Source: Octopus sinensis (taxonomy: Eukaryota). From it: a stretch of DNA of 64,000 nt. This document shows, piece after piece, positions 22,591 to 36,536 of this stretch. The position numbers and the translations under genes are program-made. The notes under the pieces were generated by a model. That model made no database searches, was not told the origin of the DNA, and saw only the letters and a program-made list of their open reading frames with translations. The stretch spans positions 149,544,001 to 149,608,000 of the forward strand of contig NC_042999.1 in the NCBI RefSeq assembly GCF_006345805.1, in the 5' to 3' direction. Position 1 is the stretch's first letter, and each line of letters starts with the position of its first letter.

Positions 22591-23619
22591 AAAGGGTCCC
22601 TTTTTAAACTCCAGAAATGAGATCTTTAATCTTTGTTCACATTTTAAACACCACCTGCTGCAGGTATGGGATTTCCCGTTTGTTGAATAGGGCTATAAAA
22701 AGTAATTATAAACTGGAACCAACCTAAGGGCAGAAATTCCCTAGTCATCAATTATGATCATAAAAATTTTCTAACCAGACCAATCTAAGGGCAAGAATCC
22801 ATCTCATCTATGGCTCAGACAATATAGAGTTTTTTTCTTTACAAATTAACTGACCACTGTAAAGTGGTTGGTGTTTGGAAGGGCATCCAGCTGTAAAAAT
22901 CCTGCCAAAACAGTCACAGGAGCCTGGTGCAGGCTTCTGCCAGGCTGGCTCTTGTGAAACCGTCCCACCCATGCTAGCAGAGTGTATGTGAATATGTGTG
23001 TGTGTGTTTGTGGCTGTGTTTGTTCTCTACCACCACTTGACAATTGGTGTTGGTGTGTTTGCAGCCCTGTATCTTAGTGGTTTGGCAAAAGATACCAATA
23101 GAATAAGTCCTGTGGTTGATACATTATAAAAGAGAAAGTGTAGAAAGTGCATTAAAACACACATTTACACACACATGACATATATGTGTGTATGCACAAC
23201 ACACACACACATAAATGTATGCTTATATAATATTAGAACCCATCACACTCTATAAAATAGTTGGCATTAGGAAGAGAATGTAGTTGTAGAAGCCATGCCA
23301 AAACAGACATTGGGTTTGGTGCAGCCTTCTGACTTGACAGCTCTTTTTGAGCCATTCAACCCAGTCCAGCATGGAAAACGGGCATTAAATAGTGATAATA
23401 TATGAAGATGTTTCCCCACTGGAAAACTTTGGTACACTGAATGTTGATGACATTTTTCACAGGGTCACTATACATGCAACATTCTATTTATGTAGTTGTT
23501 ATTAACAGAGCTACATAAATAGTTTAGCAAAAGAAAGAGTACTCAATACATGTAGTAGAGTTTTATTACTTTTGTTGAAGATGGCAATTTGCTCCATTAC
23601 TACTGAGTTTCTCACTGTT

Positions 23620-25010
23620 TATAATACTTCAAGAGACAAAACACCTATATACAGCCAGAAGTGGGTAATGATGGAGTATCTACTTAGTGTAAGATAAGGT
23701 GTATCCAAATCAGCCTCCTGCCTTACATCATTCCTGAACACAGCACGAAGATACTTGTACTTCTCCACTTGACTGTGTGGTTTCACTGAGATGTAAAGAA
23801 TGACTGGCATCCATGCTAGTGGAGTACTAAGAATACCATCCGAGCATGATTGTTGCCAGAGCAACAAACTGGCTTTCGTGCACCATTCGAGAGTGATCGT
23901 TACCTCCGTTGGCACATGAAAGAACATTCAAGCGAGGTTGTTACCAGTGCTGTTGGACTGGCTCCTGTGCACATAAAAAGCACCATTTGAGTGTGGCCGT
24001 TGCCAGTACCGCCTGACTGGCCCTTGTGCCAGTGGCACGTAAATGGACCCACTACACTCTCTCGGAGTGGTTGGCGTTAGGAAGGGCATCCAGCTGTTGA
24101 AACTCTGCCAGATCAGATTGGTGCCTGGTGCAGCCATCTGGTTTGCCAGACCTCAGTCAAATCGTTCAACCCATGCTAGCATGGAAAGCGAATGTTAAAC
24201 GATGATGATGATGTTCTTAAGAAGTTTAATATCTATTTTTGTAATATTGATTTCCAGTCTTGTCTTTCAACACTTAACAGAGAACCTATTTAGTGCATAC
24301 TCAAAATCACCTTCTGATGAGCAAAGTAGCACCATTCATATCATCTGCAAATACAAGCCAACTGATCCTACATTTGCTGATTTTGATGCCATTTCCACTG
24401 TACATGTCAATCTAGTTTATAAAGATACGAAAACGAGAGGCAATAACATGCACCCACATTGAAAGTCTAAACTGCTGACAGTGGTGCAATAATAGGCCTT
24501 CTTCAGCACTTGGTCGACAGAAAGGAGATTGGTGAAAACAGCCAAGTTCCCTATCTTCAGCTTGGTTTGCATGCATCCCCATATTTTTAGGTCGTGGCTT
24601 TTGGATTGTGACCGAAAGAATATGACTGCTAATGCAAATGGCTGAAATGGGGCTCCTTCTGAAGGGTTGCTGGAATAATGCTACTTGATAGCTCAATAGG
24701 TGTGTAGCACAGAGATCAAGAAGTTAAGCCACTACTTCTCTGCATTGGGAGGTCCAAACTCCATTACTACTGACAGGTGATTAAAATGTCTGAGGAATGA
24801 ATTGTAGGATAGATTTCATGGACAGAGCTAACTTTGAGGAGACAGGATGATTGGATCATATCTACAGCCTTGAGATGTTTCAGACAGATATTTAGGATCC
24901 ATCTAGAACATTTACTGATTGTTGCTTCTGGAGGCCATGTCTGAGAGCAGTAGGCTTTGAAGATGAATGGATGGACCATATGGTATATTCTGTTATATAT
25001 GATAAATTTA
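23620..25010. mobile_element. Heavily degraded RTE-type RT remnants in mixed orientation, with an RTE 3' UTR copy (about 23830-24215, plus) inserted
   Basis: Minus strand QVEKYKYL..NDVRQEADLDT and LVFADD; the inserted 3' UTR ends with (GAT)n. Confidence 0.55.
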
Positions 25011-25498
25011 TAAAAATCATTGTTTTAGTGATGTGATCTGATTTATGTTCTAGAAAATTATTGCCAATATCTGCTGTACAGGTCACACTTCGACTGGCTA
25101 GAAATAGCAGTCAAATTCCTTAAAGTCACATACTGCTGTTATAAAACAGAAAGTACATATTGGACAAAGTAGTGCTAGATACATAAAAAGATGAGATAGT
25201 TTCAGCTGGATTGATTTTGATCATAAATCTTATCAGTCAGAGATGACATAGAACAAAATAACATCTTTAAATCTGTCAGGTGATATTTAGTTTTTATAGA
25301 TCAAGATCAAGATAAAGCGTTGGATCTTAACCTGGACAGTAACGCCCCCTTGCGAATGTTGTGCGCACTTAAGGGAGCAATGGGTGTTTATAGTTGATCG
25401 TAATTTTTTCGTAGAAATAAAATATCCAAATTAGGAATAATATATATATTTTCCATGCATTAAAAAAATCTTTGTTAGAATTAGAATATGAGTATAGC

Positions 25499-25499
<1 letters not shown>

Positions 25500-25540
<41 letters not shown>

Positions 25541-26000
25541 TTACCAACGCTGGATAACAAGTGTTGGTGTGTTTACGCCCCCGTAACTTAGCGCTTCAGT
25601 AAAGGAATATGATAGCTGGGATGAATTCATTCAACTAAGAATTCTTCAAGGTGGTGTCCCAGCATGGCCGCTGTCTAATAACTGAAACAGGCGTGGTTGT
25701 GAGTTTAGAATCTTTCTTCCCAACCACATGGCTTCGGGTTCAGTTCCACTGCGTGACACCTTGGGCATGTGATTTTTATTATAGCCTCGAGCCGACCAAA
25801 GCCTTGTGAAAGGATTTGTGTGTTTGTGTGTCTGTCATCCCCTACCGCTTGACTACGGGTTATAGTGTGCTTATGTCCCTGTAACTTAGCGATTCGCCAT
25901 AAAACACCGACAGAATAAGTACCAGGCTTAAGAGAAAAATATAAGTCTTGGAGGATTCATTCGTCTAAAAATTCTTCAAAATAGTGCCCCAGTAGAAGAT
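25500..26000 (+). mobile_element. Two tandem SINE family A pieces
   Basis: 3' half at 25500-25690 followed by head and body at 25690-25990. Confidence 0.8.
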
Positions 26001-26814
26001 CAAAAAAGAAAGCTAAGTACTCTACGAAAATATGTGCATGAAGAGATGTTTGTCAAATGCAGTTCGATGAAAAGGAGTGCAGAACTACAACAGGTAGGGC
26101 AGTAAGTTGTTCCCCTTGGACCATATGCTTAGGAGGTGGGTAATTAGTATCTGATTTATTTCCCCAAAGAAATATGGTATCTTTAACGTCTGTAATTATG
26201 TCACTTCACATCATATAAACAAAGGATTCAAAATATTTTTGTTTCTATAAGACACGAATCATCAAGGGAAGCAATTCAATGTATCAGCATTTTTCAAAAC
26301 AAATTTCAAGGGAGGTAACTTTTCATAAGTTATCTTCCCCTAAACAGAACTTTTTTTTTTTTTTAGATATTTTCATTTTCTAAGACAGTTGTAATTTGGA
26401 GGAGATTTAACTGCTATTTCTGACAGGCCGAGCGACAAGTAGAACATTTCTTGATTGAACTGAGCCTGCGAAAGCCACGGAACAGACTTTCCACAGACCA
26501 AAGTCTACGGAACACTGCTTGAAGTTGGCAAAGCAACTGAAAGAATTCATACTTTTTCTTGACGTCGATAATAAACCAGGCTGATCACAATTTAGTTTTT
26601 ACTTCTTGGTCCAAGTCCCATAAAGCCAGGGCCAGATTAACGCCAATAGAAGGCCCTAAGCACTTAAAAATATTTTGGTGATCCTTATATATGTAATTCA
26701 AGATATAAACAATAATAAACCATAAAATATAATTTTATTTTTCAAAATGAAACAAAACAGAAAGATGGAAAATGTTTATATTTGTATACTTCCACTTTAT
26801 ATTTACTCTCTCTC

Positions 26815-27046
26815 TTTTACTCTTTTACTTGTTTCAGTCATTTGACTGCGGCAATACTGGAGCACCGCCTTTAGTCAAGTAAATCGACCCCAGGACTTAT
26901 TCTTAGGAATCCTAGTACTTATTCTATCGGTCACTTTGGCTGAACTGCAAAGTTACGGGGACGTAAACACACCACCATCGGTTGTCAAGCGATATTGGCG
27001 GGACAAACATAGACACACAAACACACACAGACACACAAACAAACAA

Positions 27047-27114
<68 letters not shown>

Positions 27115-27200
27115 GACGAGCTTCTTTCAGTTTCCGTCTACCAAATCCACCTACAAGGCTTTGGTCGGCTCGAGGCTATAGCAGAAGACACTTGCCCAAT
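26815..27200 (-). mobile_element. SINE family A, 5'-truncated, possibly inside a decayed hAT-like MITE (26627-27415)
   Basis: SINE body is clear; the putative host begins CAGGGCCAGATTAA and has GCCCTAAGCAC at both ends, but no right TIR was found. Confidence 0.75.
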
Positions 27201-27854
27201 TTTCTACTTTTTTTTAATTGCAGAGTCTTTTATCAGATCCTCACTATGACACCATGGACAATTTGAAATTATATTTCCGATCATATAAACCACTTCGAAA
27301 AATCATTTTAGCAATTTTAATAGTGATTTATTCTGTACCGTAAACCACTTACAACTTCTTTGGTGCCGCCCCACCACCTTCCTTCCTTTGATGCCCTAAG
27401 CACGTGCTTATTTTGGTGGAGACCTCATGAATGCTTGTAACAGTGTAGATTCAGCTAAAAACATCCAAAATGTCAAGTAGTGGTTTTAAACCGGACAACG
27501 TATTAAGTTTATACCCATAAGACGAGATGATCTCATTGGAACTTCTTTGATAATTGGCGTTGCATAGAACTCTCTACTTATCGATGTATCAAACGATCAT
27601 TGTGTTAATTTATTCATTATATTCCTCGTCTGGCACCCTGAGAGACCACTTGTACTTCTTCCTGGAAATTCTATCGGGATGTCTAGTTATTTTGTTTTTG
27701 ATGTTAAAGAATTTGAATACTCCCTCCTTCTATTTATTTATTTACTTATTTATTTATTTATTTTTACAAACGAGAGAAAGATAACTCAATAGATATTGCA
27801 GAACATAATTATTTATGCACGAAGGGATGCGAAGTGTGAGGAAACTCTGAGTGC

Positions 27855-28254
27855 CGACGGCGTGTCATGCGTGTATGTATGTATGTATGTATGTGTGTAT
27901 GTATGTATGTATGAATGTATGTATGTATGTATATGTTTGTATATGTATGTATGTATATATGTATGTGTGTGTGTGTATGTATGTATGTATGCATGCATGT
28001 ATGTGTATATGTATTTATGTATGTATGCATGCATATATGTATGTATGTATGTGTGTGTGTATGTATGTATGTATGTATGCATGCATGTACGTATATATGT
28101 ATGCATGTATGTATGTATGTATGAATGTATGTATGTATGTATATGTTTGTATATGTATGTATGTATATATGTATGTGTGTGTGTGTGTGTTATGTATGTA
28201 TGTATGCATGCATGTATGTATGTGTATATGTATTTATGTATGTATGCATGCATG

Positions 28255-28288
<34 letters not shown>

Positions 28289-28420
28289 TGTATGTATGTA
28301 TGTATGTATGTATGTATGTATGTATGTATGTATGCATGCATGTACGTATATATGTATGTATGTGTGTATGTATGTATGTATGTATGTATGTATGTGTGTG
28401 TGTATGTATGTATGTATGTA
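27855..28420. repeat. (TATG)n complex satellite with an internal 210-bp higher-order duplication
   Basis: The rare variant ATGAATG..ATATGTTTG recurs at 27911 and 28121. Confidence 0.9.
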
Positions 28421-28565
28421 TAATAAAAATTCTTGAATCGGAGATCAAAGGGAACCAGAAATCCAAAGAGGGCTGCATACCCGTTAAAGAAAGATAAATG
28501 TAGAGCAAATAGTTGTATTCTACAGTTTTAATGTAAAATATTCAATTTGTAAACTACAGCTATGT

Positions 28566-28628
<63 letters not shown>

Positions 28629-29052
28629 CACATTATAGGAAGCTCTTCATGTTCAACGCTTCACTTTTGTTTAGCAACTATCAACAAATATCTGTTTTGT
28701 AGCCGCAGAAAAATTTTCTTGAAATTGCGACGTTGTGCAATGACAAATTTGTCTGCCACGAGATGTTATGGATGAGAATGAGAATTATTATCATTTGAGG
28801 GATAGTTGATTATTTTTGTATTTGGACTCCTTACAAAAAGAAAAGGCAACAGAGCCTCTTATGCGGTTGCGCTAGATATCACAGTTAGATTTCCCACTTA
28901 ACTCACTCTCCGACCTTAAAGAAGAATATATGGTACCATTGAGATATAGTTCAGTTCCTAAATGCTCCAAAAATATACTATATTAAAACTGACCACAGTA
29001 CATCATCATAAAAATAACATTCTTTCGTGCCGTCTAAGCAAACTCAAGTGGA

Positions 29053-29361
29053 GGCGCAATGGCCCAGTGGTTAGGACAGCGAACTCGCGGTCGGAGGATC
29101 GCGGTTTCGATTCCCAGACCGGGCGTTGTGTGTGTTTATTGAGCAAAAACACCTAAAGCTCCACGAGGCTCTGGCAGGAGGTGGTGGCAACCCCTGTTGT
29201 ACTCTTTCGCCCCAACTTTCTCTCAATCTTTCTTCCTGTTTCTTGAGTAATGCTGCAATGAACTGGCGTCCCATCTAGCTGGGGTGAACACATACGCCAA
29301 AGAAACCGAGAAACCGGGCCCATGAGCCTGGCTAGGCTTGAAAAGGGCGCATAAAAAAAAA
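29053..29361 (+). mobile_element. tRNA-derived SINE family C, full length, A-rich tail
   Basis: A-box TGGCCCAGTGG, B-box GGTTTCGATTCC; CAAACTCAA near both ends (possible TSD). Confidence 0.85.
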
Positions 29362-29530
29362 CAAACTCAAAGAAGTTATATAAAGTGAGTGGCACGTTAA
29401 TCCCTAATAGCATTGTTAATAAATTTGATAAGATCTCTTTTCGCAAAGAGTTTCAATATCTTTTACTGACCTGACCGCCTGTCCTTATTAGCTGAGTAGT
29501 CGTTGTTGTTATTGTTAGCTGACCTGTTAC

Positions 29531-29679
29531 CAGGGTCATCCCTAGGGTTGTTGGCGCCCTGGGCAAGCTGAACTTCGACGTGTGCAAACTGACGGTTGTG
29601 GAAATTTCCTTGTCTTTGCCACGCCCTCCTTGGCGCCCCGGGCGACTGCCCGAGTTGCCGGTATCTTGATCCGGCCCTG
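29531..29679. mobile_element. hAT-type MITE (149 bp)
   Basis: Termini CAGGGTC../..GGCCCTG with a perfect 8-bp TSD CCTGTTAC (29523-29530, 29680-29687). Confidence 0.85.
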
Positions 29680-29687
29680 CCTGTTAC

Positions 29688-29838
29688 CACGTCGAGCAAA
29701 ATACTAAGCGGTACTTCATGCGTTTTTACGTTCTGAGTTCAAATGCCGTCGAGGTAAACTTTGCCTTTCATCCTTTCGGGGTCGATAAAATAAGTACCAG
29801 TTGACTTGCCCGCCTTGTGCCAAATTTGAAACCATTAT
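29688..29838 (+). mobile_element. SINE family B, 5'-truncated
   Basis: Flanked by the direct repeat GTTAGCTGACCTGT (29514-29527, 29840-29853). Confidence 0.8.
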
Positions 29839-30249
29839 AGTTAGCTGACCTGTACAGCTATCATTGTGTATAACCAAGATAAAATTTTAACGTTATTTTT
29901 ATGGACTATGCCTCGACCAAAATGGATTCTTAAAATTATAATTTTAAATTTTCGAATTAATACTTACATTTATGATAATACATTTGTTGGTTTGAAAATT
30001 TTAAATTGAAAGTATTTCATGTAGATTTTTACTACAAATGATGTATTGTCAACTTAGTTCTAAAACTTTGCATCAACGTTATGCGATAATTTGAGACTAA
30101 TGGAATAATCATTTGAAAAGGCTGAATGTTGAGAGAGAGAGAATCGCAGTGTCGTCTGTTGAGTCAAGGGTCCAAGTTTATTATTTCATCACCAGGAAAG
30201 GCTACAATAATTGGAAGCAAAAGGAACAGTGTACAATTCACAATGGTTT

Positions 30250-30800
30250 CTGTTAGTTTGTCGTGTTATGCTTGGACCACATTATGAACGAGCGGGTTCA
30301 AGAAGCCATCCAGCACCAGACTGGTCTTCATAAAAATCTTCTCACAACAGTTCAGAAAGGAAAACTGAGATGGTATGGCCATATAACAAGATCCACTGAG
30401 CTTATAAAAACCATTCTTCAAGGGATCACCATAGGTGGAAGCGCGTGGTTTAGTGGTTAGGGTGTTGAACTAATGATCGTAAGGTTGTGGTTTCGATTCC
30501 TGGACTGGACGATGCGTTGTGTTCTTGAGCAAAACACTTCATTTTTACGTTGCTCCAGTCCACTCAGCTGTCAAAAATGAGTAATCCTGCGACGGACCGG
30601 CGTCCCGTCCAAGTGGGGAATTTCTACGCCACTGAAACCGGGAAACCAGCCATTATGAGCCTGGCATGGCTCGAGAAGGAACATTTATTTATTTTTTTTA
30701 AGGGACCATAGAGGGGAAAAGAAGGAGAAATTGATAGCAGAAAAGATGGACAAACAATGTCAAGGAATAGATAAATAAATTGTTAGCGGAGATCCGAGCT
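30250..30800 (+). mobile_element. RTE fragment interrupted by a family-C-like SINE (30437-30699)
   Basis: LLTTVQKGKLRWYGHITRS..ILQG resumes GTIEGKR after the SINE; AAGGGA(TC)CCATAG is duplicated at the junctions. Confidence 0.8.
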
Positions 30801-31399
30801 CTGACACAAAGAGAAGAAACAGATCTACAGTATATCACGACAGTACCCCAACGACTGCATCACTCGTTGAAAGGGAAAGACAAGCAGTGTTTGCCGTGAG
30901 TGATGAGTCTGTAACTGGATGACTGTACAATATATGAAGTAATAAAGAAGTATTCCTGCTTTACAACAAACCATTGTGTTCATATACTCGCTTATTTATT
31001 GATAGATTCAACAAAATATTAACAACGATACAGAACTTTAGTATATAACTTTCCTTTCAGTGAGATGCTTTGTGTAAAAATATGTGAGATGGTAAAATCA
31101 TAGCGTGTCGGACAAAAGGCTTACAGGCATTTCTTCTGGTTCTTTACTTTCGGAGTTCAAATACGACCGAGATCAACTTTATCTTTTATCTTTTCAGAGT
31201 CGATAAAATAAAGTACTTGTGAAGAACTGGAATTGATTAACATCTCCCTTGTGTTAAAATTTGAAACGATTATTATTTTAGTTTTCGTAGTAATTAAAAA
31301 GAAATTTTGGTTTCACTGGAATGCAAACTCAAACATTAAGAGCAAAATAAAATATTAAGAAATGAGTCATTAGAGCCATCATTATTTTTATCCTCATAT

Positions 31400-32030
31400 A
31401 AGGCGGCAAGCTGGCAGAATTGTTAGCACACCGGGCGAAATGCTTAGCGGTATTTCGTCTGCCGCTACGTTCTGAGTTCAAATCCCGCCGAGGTCGACTT
31501 TGCCGTTCATCCTTTCGGGGTCAATTAAATAAGTGCCAGTTACGCACTGTGGTCGATATAATCGACTTAATCCGTTTGTCTGTCCTTGTTTGTCCCCAAT
31601 GTATTTAGCCCCTTGTGGGTAGTAAAGAAATAGGTATTTCGTCTGTCCTTACGTTCAGAGTTCAAATTCTGCCGAGTTCGACTTTGCCTTTCATCCTTTC
31701 ATGTGTACCAGTTGCGTACTGGGATCGATCTAATCGACTGGCTCCCTCCACCAAAATTTCGAGCCTTGTTCCTGGAGTATAAAAGATTATTTTTATCTTC
31801 ATATAAGGCGACGAGCAGGCAGAATCGTTAGCACGCCGGACGAAATGCTTGGCAGTATTTCGTCTGCCGCTACGTTCTGAGTTCAAACTCCGCCGAAGTC
31901 GACTTTGCCTTTCACCCTTTTGGGGGTCAATAAATTAAGTACCAGTGAAATACTGGAGTCAATGTAATCGACTAGTCTCCTGCCCCAAATTTCAGGCCTT
32001 GTAGCCTTAGTAGAACGGATTATTTTTATC
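31400..32030 (+). mobile_element. Three head-to-tail SINE family B copies
   Basis: Units at about 31400-31620, 31630-31790 (truncated) and 31805-32030; CpGs retained. Confidence 0.9.
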
Positions 32031-34580
32031 CTCATGTCACCCCACCGATAAGACATATAACCAAAGATGTTCCATTGTTCAACGTGTTACGTGTCTTTCA
32101 AACGGAAAAGGGACAAGGTATAATTTGAGGAAGATTTAGCTGCTGTTTTTAACAGCTCGAACGACTACGTGGAACAGTGTTCCTAATAGTGAGGGCGGCT
32201 AGACAAACTGCCATGTGTAATAAAATTTAAGATCGTTTTAAGAATATTAAGCTTGTCTAATACCTTAAGCAAAGAAAGAAGAATTATAAGCGATGCAAGC
32301 ACTATTTTGCATTGTTAATAAAAAAAAACTGGGAGACGTTATCCAAAATTTGCACTAACATTTGGAGGGAGGAGTGGGCAAAAAAATTCCCTAATGTTTT
32401 TGATGAGGGTGTCTTTAAATTTGTGGCTGGATAGCGGGGTGGTATTTACCAGTTTAAGAACCATTGTTAGAGAAACTCTCTGGTTGCTTTAGCTTATATA
32501 CTTGTTTGAAATTTTTAAAGAGAAAAAGGAAATTGTAGAAAGTTAACGGAAGTGGGGTATTTGTGGAGTAAATGGAACGAATTAAAACGGATAATGGAGG
32601 ACTTACTTCTATTTCACAATGTAAGAAATATGTTGCCAACCAACCAAAGACTGAGTCTACACGTGGACGCTCGACCTGTTAAAAGTAGCTTGCAAATTTC
32701 CCTCAAGTTATACCTTATCATCCGTTTTGAATAAAGGAAACACTGGATAATGAAGTCCCTGATATACGAAAATGGGATGAACACGTTTGGAATGCTTTTT
32801 TGTCCATAGGTCTGGTTTGTTGTGTGTGTGTGTGTGGGGGGGGGCTAAATGGGTAAATAGCAACAATCATCGTTAATAATTCAAGGCAATGAGAGTGCGC
32901 CCTTTTGGTCGTCATGCCTGCTAAATATATCAGTCAAATCGCATCTTAAAAAGGGGATAGATAATGTAACCGTACACAGTTTCTGAGAGAAATTTCGCAA
33001 GATAGGACAAGACTGTTTTCGGGTCCCAACAGCAGGGGGTTCATCTCAAAGTTCAAAGGAACAAGTTTTTTTTTCTGTGTTAAAGAGGACCCCATCAATA
33101 TTCATAGGCCTCTCTTTCGGATCAAGGTACCGGCTGAGCTTGCTCTTATAGGCTCTGGTTCAAGAAATGCCTGAAATTAAATAAAAAGTATGAATATTAT
33201 GGTTTCGATCACGGTTGATCTGGGATTAAACTACAATACCATCAACCATATGACTTGACTTGTACTGTCCAGGGGGATAAAAGGCAACGTTGACATCAAC
33301 AGGATTTGAATTTAGGACATAAAGATTCAGAATAAATACTGTAAAGCATTTAGTTCGACGCTCTAACGATTCAATCAGCTCGCAACTATAATAACAACAG
33401 TTGATAATTTTACAATACTTTTATAAAGTCTCCAAGTTTATATTTGAATACAAAATGATAATACTTACAACTAGTGGGAAATAACCTTCATTTCATTTCA
33501 TCTGGGGTTATCGTCTGCTGATATTACGAGACGTTGCGCATTTTATGATGGCGACATTCGACGTGTGACAGTTGTTAACGTGCCTTACGACATCAGACGC
33601 TGAGGTTTCATTAACACAGCGACTGAGGTATAGGGCAAATAACCAACCTTAAAACAATATAAGTTTCTCGTTCTTCTTTCAAAATATCACTTGCAACATC
33701 TTTTCCAAGTGATAGTTCCTGTACAACAGTACCATAAGCTCCGAACCTGTTTCAACTGATGTTATAAAAAGAAATAAACCTAACACATCTCCTCAGGTTA
33801 ATTATTTCAATGGTATTTGTCCCGGAATTTGCTTTATCTTGGATGATGGAACCAAAAATTATAAATCAAGTATAAGATATATCGACAGATTAACCACAAT
33901 GTTGCTTACTCTTTAACTTACCTTTTAATATCGACACAATTCAGTCTTTCTTTCGATTCAATCGCTTAATTAAGTAGAACGTATCCGCGCGCGAGTGTGA
34001 CTTTAGTTTCCGAGTTAGCTTTATCCATCAGACCTATGACAAAAATATTCCAACCAAAACCATCGCCTCTTAGTTTCAATGTAGCACAACGTTATCTATC
34101 GTGGGTTTATGTTAAATTATATTGTGTAACTTGGGGGCTATTTAGATTCTAGAAAGACTGTGTAGCTGTTCCCTCATTCATGGTAGGAAGTGATTTGGTT
34201 ACTTTTTCTAGCAGGTCGAATGACCACGAAGAGATTTCCTTGTTGGTTCATGGACATGTTGATCATATCAAGCTGCGGATAAGCCACTACATCTGGCCCC
34301 TGAAAACGAGAAAAATATGGCAGGTTACCTTAGTTTCAGCATCCAGGGTAGCTTCTCTCCAGAAGTGACTTTTATGTCGTATGTAGCTTTGGATTTACAA
34401 AAGAGAGAAAAAAACATACATGTAGAGCAGAATCTACACATTGATCTTACCCGCTGACATTTGTACAGATTGGTCCACTAATCGCTTTAATATCTTTAAA
34501 AGCACAACACATTCTGTCCTAATGTCTTCACTCATTTCTTTGTTCCCATTACATATTTCTATATTTGAGTTCATAAGTGA

Positions 34581-35135
34581 AGGCACGTGGCCTAATGGTT
34601 AGTGTATTCGGATAACAATCATAAGGTCCTAGTTTCTATTCCTGAACCAGACAACACATTGTGTCTTTGAGTAAAATTCGGATCTTTTCGGTTTGAACGG
34701 CAGTTATTTCTAGCGATGTCATGAAATTGTCACCCATAATTATGACCCTAGTATCGATCTATTGCATTTCAATCTATTTTAGGGTGGGGGGAAGGGTATC
34801 TTTTTTCTTCACAAATGTAAATAAACCCAATCTGTTTCTTAAACGAGGGACATATTCATACGGCACAGAATGTTTTTTTTTTACCTCAAATACGTCAGTG
34901 ATTGGTTGAAATTGCAGAAATTGAAGAAAAAAACAACAAATATCTTACAAACTATAGAATTTTCTCAATAAAGCCAAGAGAAAAAGATGTTTTATAAACA
35001 CATTCTACCAGTATACGAAGTTTAAAAGTGTTTAGTTACCTAGAAATTATGTTAAAAACTGCTGTTCAAACCGAAAAGATCCCAAAGTTCTTCATTTCAC
35101 GTTGTTCCAGTCCTCTCAACCATAATGAGTACCAA
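34581..35135 (+). mobile_element. Family-C-like SINE split by a MITE
   Basis: Head GGCACGTGGCCTAATGGTTAG.. up to 34679, resuming TTCATTTCACGTTG.TCCAGTCC after 35090. Confidence 0.7.
34680..35082. mobile_element. MITE with 26-bp TIRs, possibly Merlin-like
   Basis: GGATCTTTTCGGTTTGAACGGCAGTT / AACTGCTGTTCAAACCGAAAAGATCC (1 mismatch); flanks TAAAATTC / CAAAGTTC (6 of 8 identical). Confidence 0.8.
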
Positions 35136-36399
35136 CCGGCTGCAAGCACAGCTCCCACCCGCCTCTCTCTTTCTCTCCTTCCAATTTCCACATTGTTAAT
35201 GTTTTGTTGAATGAAGAGAGATGGGGTGACACGAGAAGATGTCTATGTCTGCTGGAGATAACATAGGTATCACAAAATTCTGAGCGAAAGCATGGTGCAC
35301 GCTACCTACCAAGCGATAGTCGCTCGCGAATGACTGCTACCTGTGTTTGCAGTTCAAAGATACAAATATGAGACCAGAGAGCGAATGTTACTGTGTAGTG
35401 TTTGATCGTCACTCTTCTTCATTTCTGAAGCGATTCAGTGGGTGTCCAGTCCCCAAGACAGCCCTGATCAAGAAGACCAATGATCAAAGAAGTTCCCACC
35501 GCGATCATCTCGCCTTATTGGAATAAATTTAACCTGTTGTTAGGTTTAATACCACTACTTGACTTATGGGTGTCTTCAGCTGAATCTACTCTGTTGTAAG
35601 CATTCACCAAATCTCCTTTCAACCAATCTCGGAGGCCAGACGAAGCCATAAAAAAATTTGATCCCTATTTAAAAAATACAATATTTTTAAGGGCGATTTG
35701 GCTGTCATTTCTAGCAAGGTGAACCGCCACACAGAAGGTTCTTTATTGGTTCGTAAATGTTTCAGTTGGATAAATAAATGAATTAAATAGGTCGTAATAC
35801 AGACTAAGATTTCTGTGTTTAACATAAATATACTTCTCCGCAATATTCTTGTTTCAAAGAATTTGGTAACTTCTCTGTTATACCTGGCTGTTAACTAAGG
35901 GAGGTTTCCTCGGGAAAAAAAGGCGATGATTTGGCGGAGCAACATACTTTTGGTTTGGTGACTAGGAAATACGTTTGTACTGAAACGACAAAACACAATG
36001 CAATCAATAGTCACAACTATACATAAACAGGTGTTTAGTACGTCACTATACATAAAGCACACACACATATACACGCACGCGCGCGCGCGCAAAGAAATAG
36101 ACACACAGATGATGAATTACATACAGATATACATACATGGGTACGGAAATGTGAAACATTACGAAGTAGATGTATTTACAAAATGTAGTCTGATTGTTTG
36201 GTATCTCGTATTTCTGAGTTCAAATCTGGTTCAAGTTGAACATCTTTCATCTCTGAGGGTCGATAAGACAGTTTCTGTTTAAACGGGAGGATGAGTATTA
36301 ACTCGTTCTCAAGCCTTACGAAATTGTGCCAGGTTGAAAGGGAAATCGCAAATATATATGTACCTGTATTTTACGTGGGTAAATCAGAGAGAAAGAGAA

Positions 36400-36468
36400 A
36401 GAACGAGTGAGTGAGAAAGAAAGCCAAAGAAAGAACTAGAGAAAAGAAGAAAATAAGAGAGGGAGAGA

Positions 36469-36536
<68 letters not shown>

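Noticed and set aside
27796-28508. Overlapping 190-233 aa ORFs on both strands
   Set aside because: Translations of the (TATG)n satellite; the same applies to the ORFs at 37151-37556, 43080-43810 and similar
29053-29125. tRNA gene
   Set aside because: A and B boxes are present, but it continues into a SINE body and tail with no acceptor stem or terminator; the same holds for heads at 10415, 15420, 30437 and 31400
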